In this document: in pieces, positions 25,882 to 35,988 of the stretch
Numbering within the stretch: position 1 is the first letter of the stretch
How the letters are laid out: every line of letters starts with the position of its first letter
Origin: a virus
Taxonomy: Duplodnaviria; Caudoviricetes
DNA: 64,000 bases
Strand: one strand, 5' to 3'
IMG/VR virus record: IMGVR_UViG_3300027533_000667
Coordinates: 13,626-77,625 of that record
Program-made: the position numbers and the translations under genes
Notes under the pieces: model-generated
Told to the model about the DNA's origin: nothing
What the model saw: only the letters and a program-made list of their open reading frames with translations
Database searches by the model: none

Positions 25882-28538
25882 TATTTAATCGCCTGCGGGT
25901 TTTGTAATGCTTTCAAAGCTTCAACTATCTCAGCATTTCGTTCAGCTATCTGCTGATGATATGTGTTTGCTTGTTCCAGCACAGATCGCACCTGCTCCAA
26001 AACAGACAACTGCGCATCACTGGATCGATTGATTGCATCCATTGCCTCAGACGATCCAAATTCCATCGCAGGTGTCAAACGCTCAGATACTTTAGGCAGT
26101 GATCTTTCTAATTCCTTGAACTGGATAAGATTGGCTTGATCTCTGAATCCTTGCACAGCTTGGAATACACCAGGCAGTATGGCTCCCATCAAGCTGCTGA
26201 TTTGTCCTGCCCCAAAAGAACTCCATCTAGCAGCTTTAGGAACAGAAAAATTAGAATCAGTAGATAGGGCAGGCCCACTCAGCGTATACTCTGGCCCCCT
26301 TGGGATCATCCCCCTCATGTAGCCAGACAAAGCTTCCGGAAACATTCCGATTGGACTGCCAACCCCGAATGCCTTAGGAAATGCCCTCTCGGTCATTCCC
26401 ATTCCATACTGATAAGCAGCATATGGGGACGGGGTGCGTCCACCGAAGCTTCTTGACTGTCGTTCCATCTGCTCTCTAAACCGCACTACATCTTCATCTT
26501 CTTTGCCAAGGCCAGGATAATCGCCTAGTGCAATTTCAGGCGTCACCGATGTTTCACCACCCCAAATGGATCGGACCATCGAGTCATAAATTGATTTTCC
26601 CTTCCTGAAATTCCTGCCACGATTTCTCTGTCCTTGCTCTATATCAAAAGCCCTTTCATTTGCCTCTCGCATCTCGAAATATGACTTTCTCACATGTGGA
26701 GGGACGGCAAGTCCGAGATTACCTAAAGCTACAGCTGCGGCTGGATTCACTATTCTGAATGCTTTAGCAGCTAAGCTGACCGCCTCTGGGATTGCCAATA
26801 TCGCTTCTTTCATCATGTCAAACAAAGTGACAGTTGTTATAGCAAATTCCCTAATCTCCCCCTGCAGTTCTTCAAACTTAGGAGTAGCGTCACTTATGCG
26901 GCTAAAAGCATCGGTGGCAGAATCTCGAATTAAATGGAGTGTGGTGATAAATGGATCGGCGGCGTTTGTTGCCCTTTCAAGCCAATCCAAAAAGGCATCG
27001 AGTCTCGGCTTCTGAGCATCAAGAACATCACCTAAATCCTTGATACCGCCACTAACTCCAAGCTGCCCCATGCCCTTCTCACCGAATTCTCCTAGCGCTA
27101 TGCCTCCCCTAGCCATTAGATTCTTCCACTGACCCGATATAGTGTCTTCCATCAATCCTTTTGAAGCGCCAAAGAATCGACCTACGGGATTGGTGAGTGC
27201 GTTGATTGCTCCCGTAACCAGATTAGGACTGGCACCGCCACCACGCATCAACTCACGCAACTCAGCAGTGGACATACCACCAGCACCAGCAATGTCTTTA
27301 ACACCTACACCAAGTTCAGCAAGCTGTCTTGCTTCTTGTCCTAGCAACCTTCCGTGAGTCAACACCTGGCCATAAGCCAACGACAGTCGCCTTAGTTTGT
27401 CTGGATTGCCTACAGCAAGATCGCCAAGCCTAGACAACATATTTGGAATCTGCTCGGACTTGACACCATATCCGAGCAGAACTTGAGCATTGGAAGACAG
27501 CCCCTCCAACCCGTAAGGGGTGGTCGTAGACATCGCCTTTAGCTGACCGAATAGTTGCGACCCCTTTGCTTTGTCGCCAGTAAGAATGCCGTACATCACA
27601 ACAGACTTCTGGAATTCCACACCTAGATGCACAGCAGCTTCGCCAGCCTCCATAATGGCTTTTGCGAGCATATGGAAGGCGCTTATGCCTACATCCTTCA
27701 CCTTGTCGATAACACTCGACACGATGTTGAATCCAGCACCAACAGCAACACCAGCACCAGCGCCTGCTAACCCACCAGCAGGTCCGCCAATAGCAGAACC
27801 TAAGTATCCACCAGCAGCGCCAAATTGGGAAGCAGCTTGTCCACCAAAAAACCTTCCGCCAACTCCACCAAGAATAGCACTGATGATATTACTACCCCAT
27901 GCACTACTAGCAAATGAGCCTCCGCCGCCGACTGCACCGCCTCCTCTACCTCGACCCGATCCCACCATATCAGCAGTAGCGCGAATCATTCGCCTATCTA
28001 ACTCATACTGCCTGCCGAACACATCTGGTCGATATTGATCAGGCAGTCCTGGAATGTGCATGGATGAAGCGGACTGAATTGGTGGAAGAGGCGGCAGCAG
28101 TCCTCTTTGACGCAAATCCTGCAATATAAAAGGAGCAGCGCCTCGAAACGTATTTGGTCTAAAATTTTCAGGCAATCCTGGAACGTGCATGGGCGATGCA
28201 GATGCTCCAGGCGGGATCAATCCAAAATACTGCATCTGCCGTACCAAATTAGGATCAGCACCCCTCCAATCTCCTGCCAACCCCATAGATACTTTGAGTC
28301 CCTGCATCGCAACTTTGGTTGCGGTCCTTTCGTATTGCGCTTCAAATTGCAATAGCGCACGATTAGCAGCATCTAATGCTGTGTAATTGACCTTTATGTC
28401 GATAGGGCTTCTAGCTGTTGTCAACAAATGCGCAACACGAGCCTCGAAAGCTTTTGTAGCTCTCTCAGCCCGTTCCATTCCAGTAACCCATTCCGTAGAG
28501 TGCGCTATCAGCCGCTGCTCGATGGGTTCAATGTTCAT
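25881..28538 (-). CDS. tail tape measure protein
   Basis: 885 aa, Ala/Gly-rich helical; tape-measure domain (TTPYGLEGL...AQVLLGYG...LSRLGDLAVG...LAYGQV...GRLLGQE); follows the chaperone genes. Confidence 0.88.
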   Translation of the reverse strand: MNIEPIEQRLIAHSTEWVTGMERAERATKAFEARVAHLLTTARSPIDIKVNYTALDAANRALLQFEAQYERTATKVAMQGLKVSMGLAGDWRGADPNLVRQMQYFGLIPPGASASPMHVPGLPENFRPNTFRGAAPFILQDLRQRGLLPPLPPIQSASSMHIPGLPDQYRPDVFGRQYELDRRMIRATADMVGSGRGRGGGAVGGGGSFASSAWGSNIISAILGGVGGRFFGGQAASQFGAAGGYLGSAIGGPAGGLAGAGAGVAVGAGFNIVSSVIDKVKDVGISAFHMLAKAIMEAGEAAVHLGVEFQKSVVMYGILTGDKAKGSQLFGQLKAMSTTTPYGLEGLSSNAQVLLGYGVKSEQIPNMLSRLGDLAVGNPDKLRRLSLAYGQVLTHGRLLGQEARQLAELGVGVKDIAGAGGMSTAELRELMRGGGASPNLVTGAINALTNPVGRFFGASKGLMEDTISGQWKNLMARGGIALGEFGEKGMGQLGVSGGIKDLGDVLDAQKPRLDAFLDWLERATNAADPFITTLHLIRDSATDAFSRISDATPKFEELQGEIREFAITTVTLFDMMKEAILAIPEAVSLAAKAFRIVNPAAAVALGNLGLAVPPHVRKSYFEMREANERAFDIEQGQRNRGRNFRKGKSIYDSMVRSIWGGETSVTPEIALGDYPGLGKEDEDVVRFREQMERQSRSFGGRTPSPYAAYQYGMGMTERAFPKAFGVGSPIGMFPEALSGYMRGMIPRGPEYTLSGPALSTDSNFSVPKAARWSSFGAGQISSLMGAILPGVFQAVQGFRDQANLIQFKELERSLPKVSERLTPAMEFGSSEAMDAINRSSDAQLSVLEQVRSVLEQANTYHQQIAERNAEIVEALKALQNPQAIK

Positions 28539-28990
28539 TTTTTCTTCCTACCGTTATCAAGACTTCGCTTAGGAATATACATCTTGGAAGTCCGATGACC
28601 GTCCACTTTCGGAATATGCCCAAACAAAGCAAAAGCGCCTTTGATCTTATCCAATCGCTGATTGAACTCAATCCTTGCTTTCGGAAGCGACTTAGGACCA
28701 CCAGGTTTCTGCTCAACCTTTTCAGGTACGACTTCCTTGAACTTAAGCAGAAAATCCTTGATGGTCACATTGTGTTTTTGCTTGCTAAACATCCGAAGTG
28801 GCAGGCGGAATATTTCAAAAGCGATCTGAGCTAGATAGTGGCAAATCAAATCCGGCTCATTCCATTTCTGCCGAAAATGCTCTATCCACCGAATGAACTC
28901 TGTTTCGGGAATAGAGCTCTTTGCCTCACTCTCTGTCAGTCCGAGTCTTTCGCAGAGGATGAGCCAGAGTTTTTCTTCCCCCCTGACCCT
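28535..28990 (-). CDS. tail assembly chaperone, -1 frame extension (GT-like)
   Basis: The -1 frame reads ...KLWLILCERLGLTESEAKSSIPETEFIRWIEHF..., open from the A8 run to 28535. Confidence 0.75.
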   Translation of the reverse strand, partial: RVRGEEKLWLILCERLGLTESEAKSSIPETEFIRWIEHFRQKWNEPDLICHYLAQIAFEIFRLPLRMFSKQKHNVTIKDFLLKFKEVVPEKVEQKPGGPKSLPKARIEFNQRLDKIKGAFALFGHIPKVDGHRTSKMYIPKRSLDNGRKKK

Positions 28991-29406
28991 TTTTTTTCCT
29001 GATCCTCTGCCTTCTCAGTCATGGCATTTAGTTCCAAGCAGATCAAAAACAAATCCTGCTTGATAGTCACCGGCCAAGGACGAATAGTTTCCAGCTTGAC
29101 TTGCTTGCCTTCTGGATCGTGAAGACATTGGGATATCAAAGATTCCTGAAAGTCGCGAAGATCGTGAAGATATCGATTGCCTGCTTCATCATACTGATAC
29201 CGCTTGTTGTTTTTCATCTGCCATTCCGACCGATTAGGTCCAACAAACTCACGTATCGTATGCACGCCGAGGTCTGTCCCATCTTCGTCGTACAAATGAA
29301 TCTTGCGGTGCTTCCTGACCAGTTTGACTACAAGAACTTCGTCTGGCGGAGGATCGGGCTGTTCAACCTCTGCCTCTACCTCAGCAACTTCTTCTTTGTC
29401 ACTCAT
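28936..29406 (-). CDS. tail assembly chaperone (G-like)
   Basis: Between the tail tube and tape measure; ends after the slippery run. Confidence 0.75.
   Translation of the reverse strand: MSDKEEVAEVEAEVEQPDPPPDEVLVVKLVRKHRKIHLYDEDGTDLGVHTIREFVGPNRSEWQMKNNKRYQYDEAGNRYLHDLRDFQESLISQCLHDPEGKQVKLETIRPWPVTIKQDLFLICLELNAMTEKAEDQEKKGSGGKKNSGSSSAKDSD
28990..28997 (-). other. programmed -1 frameshift slippery site (A AAA AAA within GAA AAA AAA GGG)
   Basis: T8 on the + strand; the -1 frame is open and chaperone-like. Confidence 0.7.
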
Positions 29407-29432
29407 TTTGCTTCTCCAAAAAGAAAGGGCAA

Positions 29433-29879
29433 TTATGGGGCAGCACGGAACACTGGATCGACTTCAACATCACTGTTGTTGATTCCGGTGAATATAACAA
29501 CCAACGTAGCATTAGCTTCTTCCATCTCTTTCTCGGAGTATGTGCTGCTGCTCCAATCGTTGACATACATCCACATATCCGTTTCTGCATCATCAGCATA
29601 TTTGATGGTGAATAGCTGATTGTGATTTATCAAAGCATACATGCCGGTGGTCGGGTCGAAGATGTCTGTTTTGTAAGCACCGATCAAAGTCATAGGACCG
29701 ATGGCTTTGAGTTTCTTCGGTGTCGCTCTGCGAAAGCCTACTGTGCCCATCCACGATCTGTCCAGCGGACCACCACCAGTAACAGCAGGAACAGTCACAT
29801 CCTTGATGTAGAAAGCAAAGTTGGGGAAATCCGCCATCGTAACCATGGCTGGAAATCCATCATACAGTCGATTGGCCAT
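29433..29879 (-). CDS. major tail tube protein
   Basis: Canonical position upstream of the chaperones; 148 aa, beta-rich. Confidence 0.65.
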   Translation of the reverse strand: MANRLYDGFPAMVTMADFPNFAFYIKDVTVPAVTGGGPLDRSWMGTVGFRRATPKKLKAIGPMTLIGAYKTDIFDPTTGMYALINHNQLFTIKYADDAETDMWMYVNDWSSSTYSEKEMEEANATLVVIFTGINNSDVEVDPVFRAAP

Positions 29880-29906
29880 TACAGTTATCTCCTGCGAGAA
29901 TTGGGG

Positions 29907-30518
29907 TTAGTTGATGTAAGTAACAGCAGTCACTTCACGCACGGCATCACTAGCGGCATGGCTTATGTATATCTTACCCACTGTCTGTCCAGTGATGGGG
30001 TTTGTCACGCCACTCTGCACATCCCAAGCGTACATATCTCCAGCAGCAACTCTCTTAGCAAAAATCAACGTATTATCTGCTTGGGTAAATGCAAACACAG
30101 CGTCGGCATTCGCTGGAGCGACTAAGAACAAACCTTGAGCATCAGTACCGACAAATGCAGGTCCGAAAGCTTCAGCGACCTTTGCTGTTATCTGAGTTAA
30201 ATTTGCCGGCAGATTATCGCCTGTGCCGCCAGTGATCGGCACAGAATTAACGGACACCACCCCCACAATTACTCCAATCCTTGCACCGCCAGACCAAAAC
30301 AAATCAATACGATTGGCGTCAACAATGCCGTGGCCCGCGGTCATTGTAAGTGTACCGACCGTATCACTAGTTCGCGTAGTCAACTGTCCGGTTTTAGCAG
30401 CAGTCGGTTCTACCACAATATCAATCATAGACTCGGCAGGAATCTTCTTTTGGATGGCTGGGTATTGCCGACCATCCTTGGAAACGCTTTGATTGATAAC
30501 CATCTGCTTAGTAGCCAT
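29907..30518 (-). CDS. virion structural protein
   Basis: Thr/Gly/Val-rich beta protein between the tail terminator and tube. Confidence 0.55.
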   Translation of the reverse strand: MATKQMVINQSVSKDGRQYPAIQKKIPAESMIDIVVEPTAAKTGQLTTRTSDTVGTLTMTAGHGIVDANRIDLFWSGGARIGVIVGVVSVNSVPITGGTGDNLPANLTQITAKVAEAFGPAFVGTDAQGLFLVAPANADAVFAFTQADNTLIFAKRVAAGDMYAWDVQSGVTNPITGQTVGKIYISHAASDAVREVTAVTYIN

Positions 30519-30519
30519 G

Positions 30520-30963
30520 CTATTCCCTCTTGAGTTTTACAAGCCAATTGATCGTAAACTGCTCACGCTTTCGTTCGTTCATTTCAGGCCCAATCCAAAC
30601 CGGACCAGACGACAACTTCATATTCTTGATGTTGTAATCAATGGCATTGACTGTGAAGACTTGATTGATAACTCCTGCCATGGTGTCCCGCATTGTCTCG
30701 ATCTTTAGCCAACCTAGATCGTAGTCTATGGTGGATCGCACCATAGCCATTATGCCAAACCATCGAGTTTGATAAAACGAAAGCTGCTTGAGTCTAAAGC
30801 CAATGATTGGAGAGGTATCGTACACCGTGACATATTTGTCTGGCGTGTCTGGCATTTTGCTGTGAGACAAACCCCATCCAGTCACACCACCAGCCAAAGT
30901 CAGATTCTGCAAAGCAGTCTGAATTATAAAACATGCCGGCGATGGAATTAGCGATTGACTCAC
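30520..30963 (-). CDS. tail terminator / tail completion protein
   Basis: PDTPDKYVTVYDT...GIMAMVRS...REQFTINW pattern; position. Confidence 0.65.
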   Translation of the reverse strand: MSQSLIPSPACFIIQTALQNLTLAGGVTGWGLSHSKMPDTPDKYVTVYDTSPIIGFRLKQLSFYQTRWFGIMAMVRSTIDYDLGWLKIETMRDTMAGVINQVFTVNAIDYNIKNMKLSSGPVWIGPEMNERKREQFTINWLVKLKRE

Positions 30964-31443
30964 TTATCTTGCTCCAAAATTGAATCCACCACCAATGAAC
31001 TTAGGACCAGATGAATGTATGAAAGAATCAAGATCGGCAGCTATCATGCTGCTTATATCAGGCATGGCTTCTCTGCTGGCTCGTTCTAACCATTTGTAGC
31101 AAGTTGGAGGTTTGTGCTGTTGTCTATCCGGCGGATTCTCATGGACATACACGGCGTATGGAGCAGACGCACCCCCATATTGAATTATGATTTCAATATC
31201 ACTCATCATACTGAAAGAAGCAATGCTTTGACCTTTAAGTATATGCACAGATTTGCTTCTTACCAATTCCAAAGTATCTTTTGGGCAATAGTGATCGCCC
31301 AGTTCGCCTATTAAATCAGCAGCTGTATTAACTAACTTAAAATACTCAACCGGCAGTTTCTGCCTAATATCGTGCAGCACGCCAATGGTGTTACGTACTT
31401 TCGTCTCAACGGAACGGTCCATTCCAAATACAATTCGTGCCAT
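30964..31443 (-). CDS. HK97 gp10-like neck protein
   Basis: YCPKDTLELVRS...APYAVYVHE...YKWLE pattern. Confidence 0.65.
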   Translation of the reverse strand: MARIVFGMDRSVETKVRNTIGVLHDIRQKLPVEYFKLVNTAADLIGELGDHYCPKDTLELVRSKSVHILKGQSIASFSMMSDIEIIIQYGGASAPYAVYVHENPPDRQQHKPPTCYKWLERASREAMPDISSMIAADLDSFIHSSGPKFIGGGFNFGAR

Positions 31444-31820
31444 TAGACATATGCCGTTCTAAGGAACTCTTCATCTTCCTGATGCATAGTAGGCAATTTA
31501 TCAAATCGAATAATCACATGGGAATATTTGTTTTGAAGCGGATCATCCAAATCAAGCACATCTGCCTTTTTGCCTTTATGAACAATTCCATCTTCCTTCA
31601 AATCCACACCAACGTATATCTTCGATTTGGAAGTTATCTGAGTGCCTGTTTTAGTGACGAATAACTCCACAGAATCTTCCCATCGGCAAGGCAAATCCAC
31701 AGGGTCATCATATAACTGATCGCCTTGAGGGTCTGTGATTGGATTGCCTTCATCATCTTGAAGCGGAGCCCAATAGACCAACCATCCGCCTTCCAGCATA
31801 TCTTCAAGAATTTGCATCAA
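31443..31820 (-). CDS. head closure / head-tail joining protein
   Basis: YDDPVDLPCRWE...SKSKIYV pattern; position. Confidence 0.65.
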   Translation of the reverse strand: MMQILEDMLEGGWLVYWAPLQDDEGNPITDPQGDQLYDDPVDLPCRWEDSVELFVTKTGTQITSKSKIYVGVDLKEDGIVHKGKKADVLDLDDPLQNKYSHVIIRFDKLPTMHQEDEEFLRTAYV

Positions 31821-32284
31821 TCACCGCCTCTGCCAGATCGACCGATGCCATATTGGTTGCCTAGGAAATGCACACGCTTCTTTCCCTCTGCGTTAGCGCC
31901 TATAGGCAACTGTGTTTTCACAGTGAGTAGTGTATTGTTGTAGGCAGCCAATCTGCCTGACGTATCAAGAAGGATGGCTTTCTGTCCATATTCAGTAACA
32001 TGCAACAACAAAGCAACTTTACCTTCATACGTTACCTGCACTGAACCGACCGATTCCTGAATAGCCCGTCTGTAAGCAACAGCAACATAGTGAGCGGCAA
32101 GCCATCGTTCAATCAATTCCAACCGAACGTCCGTATGAAATGACACTGGTGGATCGCCCTTTGTGGCAGAAGCGCAAAGTTCAGTCACCAGTTCATTTGC
32201 CGGTTCTATGTAGGGATCAAGATCAATGGTTGACTTGATCTTGATGATCCCACGAACCAGCGGCTGGGTAGTTCTAAATGGCAT
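31817..32284 (-). CDS. head-tail adaptor protein
   Basis: IERWLAAHY...ESVGSVQVTY...TEYGQKAILLDTSG pattern. Confidence 0.7.
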   Translation of the reverse strand: MPFRTTQPLVRGIIKIKSTIDLDPYIEPANELVTELCASATKGDPPVSFHTDVRLELIERWLAAHYVAVAYRRAIQESVGSVQVTYEGKVALLLHVTEYGQKAILLDTSGRLAAYNNTLLTVKTQLPIGANAEGKKRVHFLGNQYGIGRSGRGGD

Positions 32285-32301
32285 TGCCGCTCACTAGATG
32301 G

Positions 32302-32853
32302 TTAGTGCTTCTTGTGCTTAACCGTAACCTTGGACTTCTTTTTGCCCTTCTTTGCCTTCTTCACATGTACTTTGACATCTTCGTCTTCGTCGTCGTCTTC
32401 GACATCTTCGTCTTCGGCATCTGCTTTTTCAGCATCTTCGTCGTCTTCATCCTCTTCTTCGACATCTTCATCTTCATCGACTGCCTCCTCTTCATCGTCT
32501 TCGATCTCTGCTAGTTCTGCAGCATCCGCCGCAGCCCTTGCAGCCTTCGTCGTTTCGATCTCGTCAAGTTCTTCGGCTTTCTTGCCTTTCTTCTTCTTTG
32601 CAAGCTTGGCTGCTCGGATGGCATCGGCATCAAGCGATGCTTTCTTCTTTTCATTTAGGGCATCCAACGCCTCAAACTTGTCCACCGAACCAGGCGGAGC
32701 AAATTCCCACTTGTTTGGATATTCAAGAATCAAATCGCGATCTGATTTGCAGATATCCCCATGCTCATACGGACCTCGGCGGTCCGTTCCAACACCTTCA
32801 TAGTGAGTCCCACCTTTGACATTGTGATACCCACTCAGTCGATACACTGGCAT
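32302..32853 (-). CDS. low-complexity acidic/basic virion-associated protein
   Basis: ATG 32853 after GAGAGGA; small folded N-terminus, then Ala/Lys-, D/E- and K-rich blocks. Confidence 0.6.
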   Translation of the reverse strand: MPVYRLSGYHNVKGGTHYEGVGTDRRGPYEHGDICKSDRDLILEYPNKWEFAPPGSVDKFEALDALNEKKKASLDADAIRAAKLAKKKKGKKAEELDEIETTKAARAAADAAELAEIEDDEEEAVDEDEDVEEEDEDDEDAEKADAEDEDVEDDDEDEDVKVHVKKAKKGKKKSKVTVKHKKH

Positions 32854-32884
32854 GTTATGATCCTCTCTCGGTTTTGAATTTGTT

Positions 32885-32920
32885 AAAAGGGGCCGGCAGG
32901 AGTGACAGCAGAACTGCCGG
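32885..32920 (-). terminator. hairpin/terminator after the major capsid gene
   Basis: CCGGCAG...CTGCCGG 7-bp inverted repeat, followed by a short T run on the - strand. Confidence 0.5.
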
Positions 32921-32959
32921 GTGGTAATAACGACCACGGCTCCCCACCGCGACAGCGAC

Positions 32960-34042
32960 TTACGCCACTGACACGTCCACAACGCCAGTGTTGCCATCGG
33001 CGTCCGCACGCAACTGCGGCAGGTAGCTGCACATTGCCTTTTGGCACTTTAAGAATCCGCCCTGCTCTTCCCATCGAACGACTTGCATCCGAAGTGCGAT
33101 AATTGCCCTAGCAACCCGCGGGTCCATCTGAACCCAAATCGACTTGAAGCCGGTCAGCGTATCGAGTGAGCGGATATCTGCCACACCGCCAACACGCATC
33201 AAACGATCCTTCAGCGTCGCCCCGCCGTACATATCACTGTAGTCATCTTCGAGATACAAATCCCAATCCGGTGCTGTGTAAACGATGAATGGCCCGTATC
33301 GCTTCTTGCTGCGCAACAGCTTCTTGATATCCAAAAATTCCTTGACCGAATCATTAGGCGTCCAACCAGCACCAGACGGATCGGTCATGGTGTAAGTTAG
33401 CCGAGACGGCCAATTCAGATAACCGTAGACGGCACCGGAACCATAAGCGTATGCTGTTCCAGTACCGAGAACTAACGCTTCGACCTGCTGAGCGATGTTG
33501 TAGCCAGCTTCAGATGCCTGTGACGTATCGAGAGGCAATCCAGCACGCTCGAATACACGCATGTCGCGATCATCGTTGTCAAAGTCAGCATGGATGATCG
33601 GAATGGGCATGTAGTCGAAGTCGATCTGTTGACGATCCCGCTCGCCTATGCGAATCGGATTCATGCTCACAATAGCCTTACCGAAGTGCGACGCTTTGAC
33701 CGTCCGCAACTCAGTGATGCTATAACCATCAGGAATGACGTATGGAGTTCGGGCTGCTAGATCGTCCCAAACCTGCATACGAATGTTCGATGCCTCAAGA
33801 ACAGCATCGTCCCATTTCTGCCAGTACCCGGCAGGCATCAACGTCGCAGCATTAGCAACGTCGATCCTAAATGGTTTTCTGACTGTTGTGCCGTCGGGCT
33901 TGTACCCGACTATTCTGGCAACATAAGGCTTTCCATCCTCACCCAAATATGGGCGAAGAGCGCCAGTGTCCCAGTTTACAGACGCCAACCGATCGGCAAC
34001 GCTACCGAAGGCTTGGCCGCCCAGAATGTAGTTCGGCTCCAT
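32960..34042 (-). CDS. major capsid protein (HK97 fold, encapsulin/Linocin-M18-like)
   Basis: PIPIIHADF..DDRDM...GLPLDTSQASEA...AQQVE.LVLG, YGYLNWPSR; follows the protease and decoration genes. Confidence 0.85.
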   Translation of the reverse strand: MEPNYILGGQAFGSVADRLASVNWDTGALRPYLGEDGKPYVARIVGYKPDGTTVRKPFRIDVANAATLMPAGYWQKWDDAVLEASNIRMQVWDDLAARTPYVIPDGYSITELRTVKASHFGKAIVSMNPIRIGERDRQQIDFDYMPIPIIHADFDNDDRDMRVFERAGLPLDTSQASEAGYNIAQQVEALVLGTGTAYAYGSGAVYGYLNWPSRLTYTMTDPSGAGWTPNDSVKEFLDIKKLLRSKKRYGPFIVYTAPDWDLYLEDDYSDMYGGATLKDRLMRVGGVADIRSLDTLTGFKSIWVQMDPRVARAIIALRMQVVRWEEQGGFLKCQKAMCSYLPQLRADADGNTGVVDVSVA

Positions 34043-34114
34043 TTCTGGATGCTCCCTTAGTTATGTAAAGATAAACGGCCGTTTGCCGTACGGTTGTGTC
34101 ACTCGAAGGCAAAA

Positions 34115-34567
34115 TTACTTCACTTCGACCCGAATAAAAGCTTCGGAACCACCGGCGGAGTTGTCAAGCGATTCAAGCGCTTTAACTACCGGAATTCCTG
34201 CGCCAGTTTGCAGAATGAAACAACCACCAGCATCCATTTGGAGCGAGTCGTCTGCCACAATCGCTGTAGCAGATGCCGGCACACGAACATATAGCCTATC
34301 GCCCTTCTCAGCGATATAACCAAACACCGTTGTACCTGTCGTGTAGGCAACCGTAATCGGTTGACCGCCAAGCGAGTTCTCAAGCGCGACAATCACAGGA
34401 TTGTCCGTACCGCTTGTGGCGTTGTTCTTTCTCCAAGTACCATCAGCATTGCCAATAAGAGCATGACCCGGCTTGATGTTTCCATCGAATGCCGGCCGCT
34501 CCTCCCATTTACCACCCCTGCCTTTGAGGCGGATGGTGCTTGGGGTTTTGAAATCAGGGAAAGCCAT
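34115..34567 (-). CDS. capsid decoration protein
   Basis: 150 aa between protease and capsid; IKPGHAL...VALEN pattern. Confidence 0.65.
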   Translation of the reverse strand: MAFPDFKTPSTIRLKGRGGKWEERPAFDGNIKPGHALIGNADGTWRKNNATSGTDNPVIVALENSLGGQPITVAYTTGTTVFGYIAEKGDRLYVRVPASATAIVADDSLQMDAGGCFILQTGAGIPVVKALESLDNSAGGSEAFIRVEVK

Positions 34568-34622
34568 TGCAGTAATCTCCGAGTGTTAAGAAATCAAAAC
34601 CAAAAACGCTTAGCGTAATTAA

Positions 34623-35975
34623 TTACGCCGTGACTTTTTTGCCAATAATTCCATTCAACCGTTCGCCGAACTTCGGAGTCGCCGGCAGTTCCAATACCGT
34701 GACTTGCGCAGCAGGACCAGCCGAAGGAGCGCCAGACGCTCCCTTGAAGATCGGGCGTCGTGCCGTAGCGGCATTATGAACATCAGTCGTATCAGTGCCG
34801 GCCATGAGCATAAGACCCTGTAATTCTTCGATTGATCGTTCATCCAAGTACGGCTTGTCGAACGGGCATTTGGCGTTAGCAACCAATTGCTCGACCAAAT
34901 GATTCTTCTCAGTCTCATCCGCCTTCCGCTTATTGAGCAGATCGTTGCGCATGTCTGCAGGAGCAGCATCAAGCCATTCCTGAGACGTCATTGGCCGCAC
35001 CGCAGGTGGAGTGATGACCGCGGGTGGAACTACCGGCGGTGGATCAACCACAGGCGGATTGGCATTGCTGACTTGAATGGTGGAAAGCTTTTTCAATTGT
35101 GCTTCCCCCATTTTCATATACTCAGCACGATCTTCTTCCGCGCATAGACCTTTGCTAATGAGCTGGTCGATGAGCGCCTTCTTCGGGTCCATGTTATGTA
35201 CCTCGGTTTCGAGAACAGGATCGGTGACAGCTACAGCAGCATCACCATCAACCAACTGATACGTCACTTCACGTTTGATTGGCAAAGCCTCGCCATCGAG
35301 AACGAATTTGCCATCCGCATTAACTATGTACTCTTGGCGCATCATGCTGCCATTTTGTACATAGATCACATGTGTCGGACTCACATCCTGAATTTCTATC
35401 CCTTCCTGGTTCATTACAAACATACCAGCACCCTGCTCAATAGAACATGCTCCTTGCATGTCCGGCAGAATCGCAAGATGATCTGGAATGACTTTGAGGC
35501 ATTTATACAGATAACTTTTGCCTCGCCACGTAGCACCATTCTCGTTTTTTAGTACGAGAGCTTTGATGCCTGTACTAACATTCATCCTTTTGCCAGTTTT
35601 GATAGCATCGTAAACGCGAGGATCGACCTCCCTTGTGCGCTCACAATCGTAATAGCCTTTGGTGCGTAGTTTCTTTGCTCTCTTGTCCCAAACAGTATCA
35701 AGAATCGGTCCTATATCCTGAGCGTTGAGAATATTGAAAGTTCTTGCTGATTTGTCAGCGCCTGGATGATAAACGATGCTCGGCATATTGTTCCAAGCAA
35801 TTACTGATTCTTCCAGCGGACCTTCTTCATATAGAACCGGCCCTTTGTCGCCGATGAACACGCCTTCTGGCAACATTGCAATCGGCACCACAAAGTGATC
35901 CCTGCCTTTGAACTTATGAATCGTGGCTTTTCCAAACACGTTGAAAGTCAAAAGCTGAGTCAGTTCCTCATCCAT
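34623..35975 (-). CDS. DUF2213 prohead protease / scaffold protein
   Basis: WNNMPSIVYHP, VSTG, PDHLAILPD..GACS motifs, then a helical Pro-rich scaffold-like C-terminus. Confidence 0.8.
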   Translation of the reverse strand: MDEELTQLLTFNVFGKATIHKFKGRDHFVVPIAMLPEGVFIGDKGPVLYEEGPLEESVIAWNNMPSIVYHPGADKSARTFNILNAQDIGPILDTVWDKRAKKLRTKGYYDCERTREVDPRVYDAIKTGKRMNVSTGIKALVLKNENGATWRGKSYLYKCLKVIPDHLAILPDMQGACSIEQGAGMFVMNQEGIEIQDVSPTHVIYVQNGSMMRQEYIVNADGKFVLDGEALPIKREVTYQLVDGDAAVAVTDPVLETEVHNMDPKKALIDQLISKGLCAEEDRAEYMKMGEAQLKKLSTIQVSNANPPVVDPPPVVPPAVITPPAVRPMTSQEWLDAAPADMRNDLLNKRKADETEKNHLVEQLVANAKCPFDKPYLDERSIEELQGLMLMAGTDTTDVHNAATARRPIFKGASGAPSAGPAAQVTVLELPATPKFGERLNGIIGKKVTA

Positions 35976-35988
35976 TATTACCCTCCGC

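Noticed and set aside
32960-34042. Bacterial encapsulin or bacteriocin
   Set aside because: It is embedded in a complete head-tail operon with no cargo gene.
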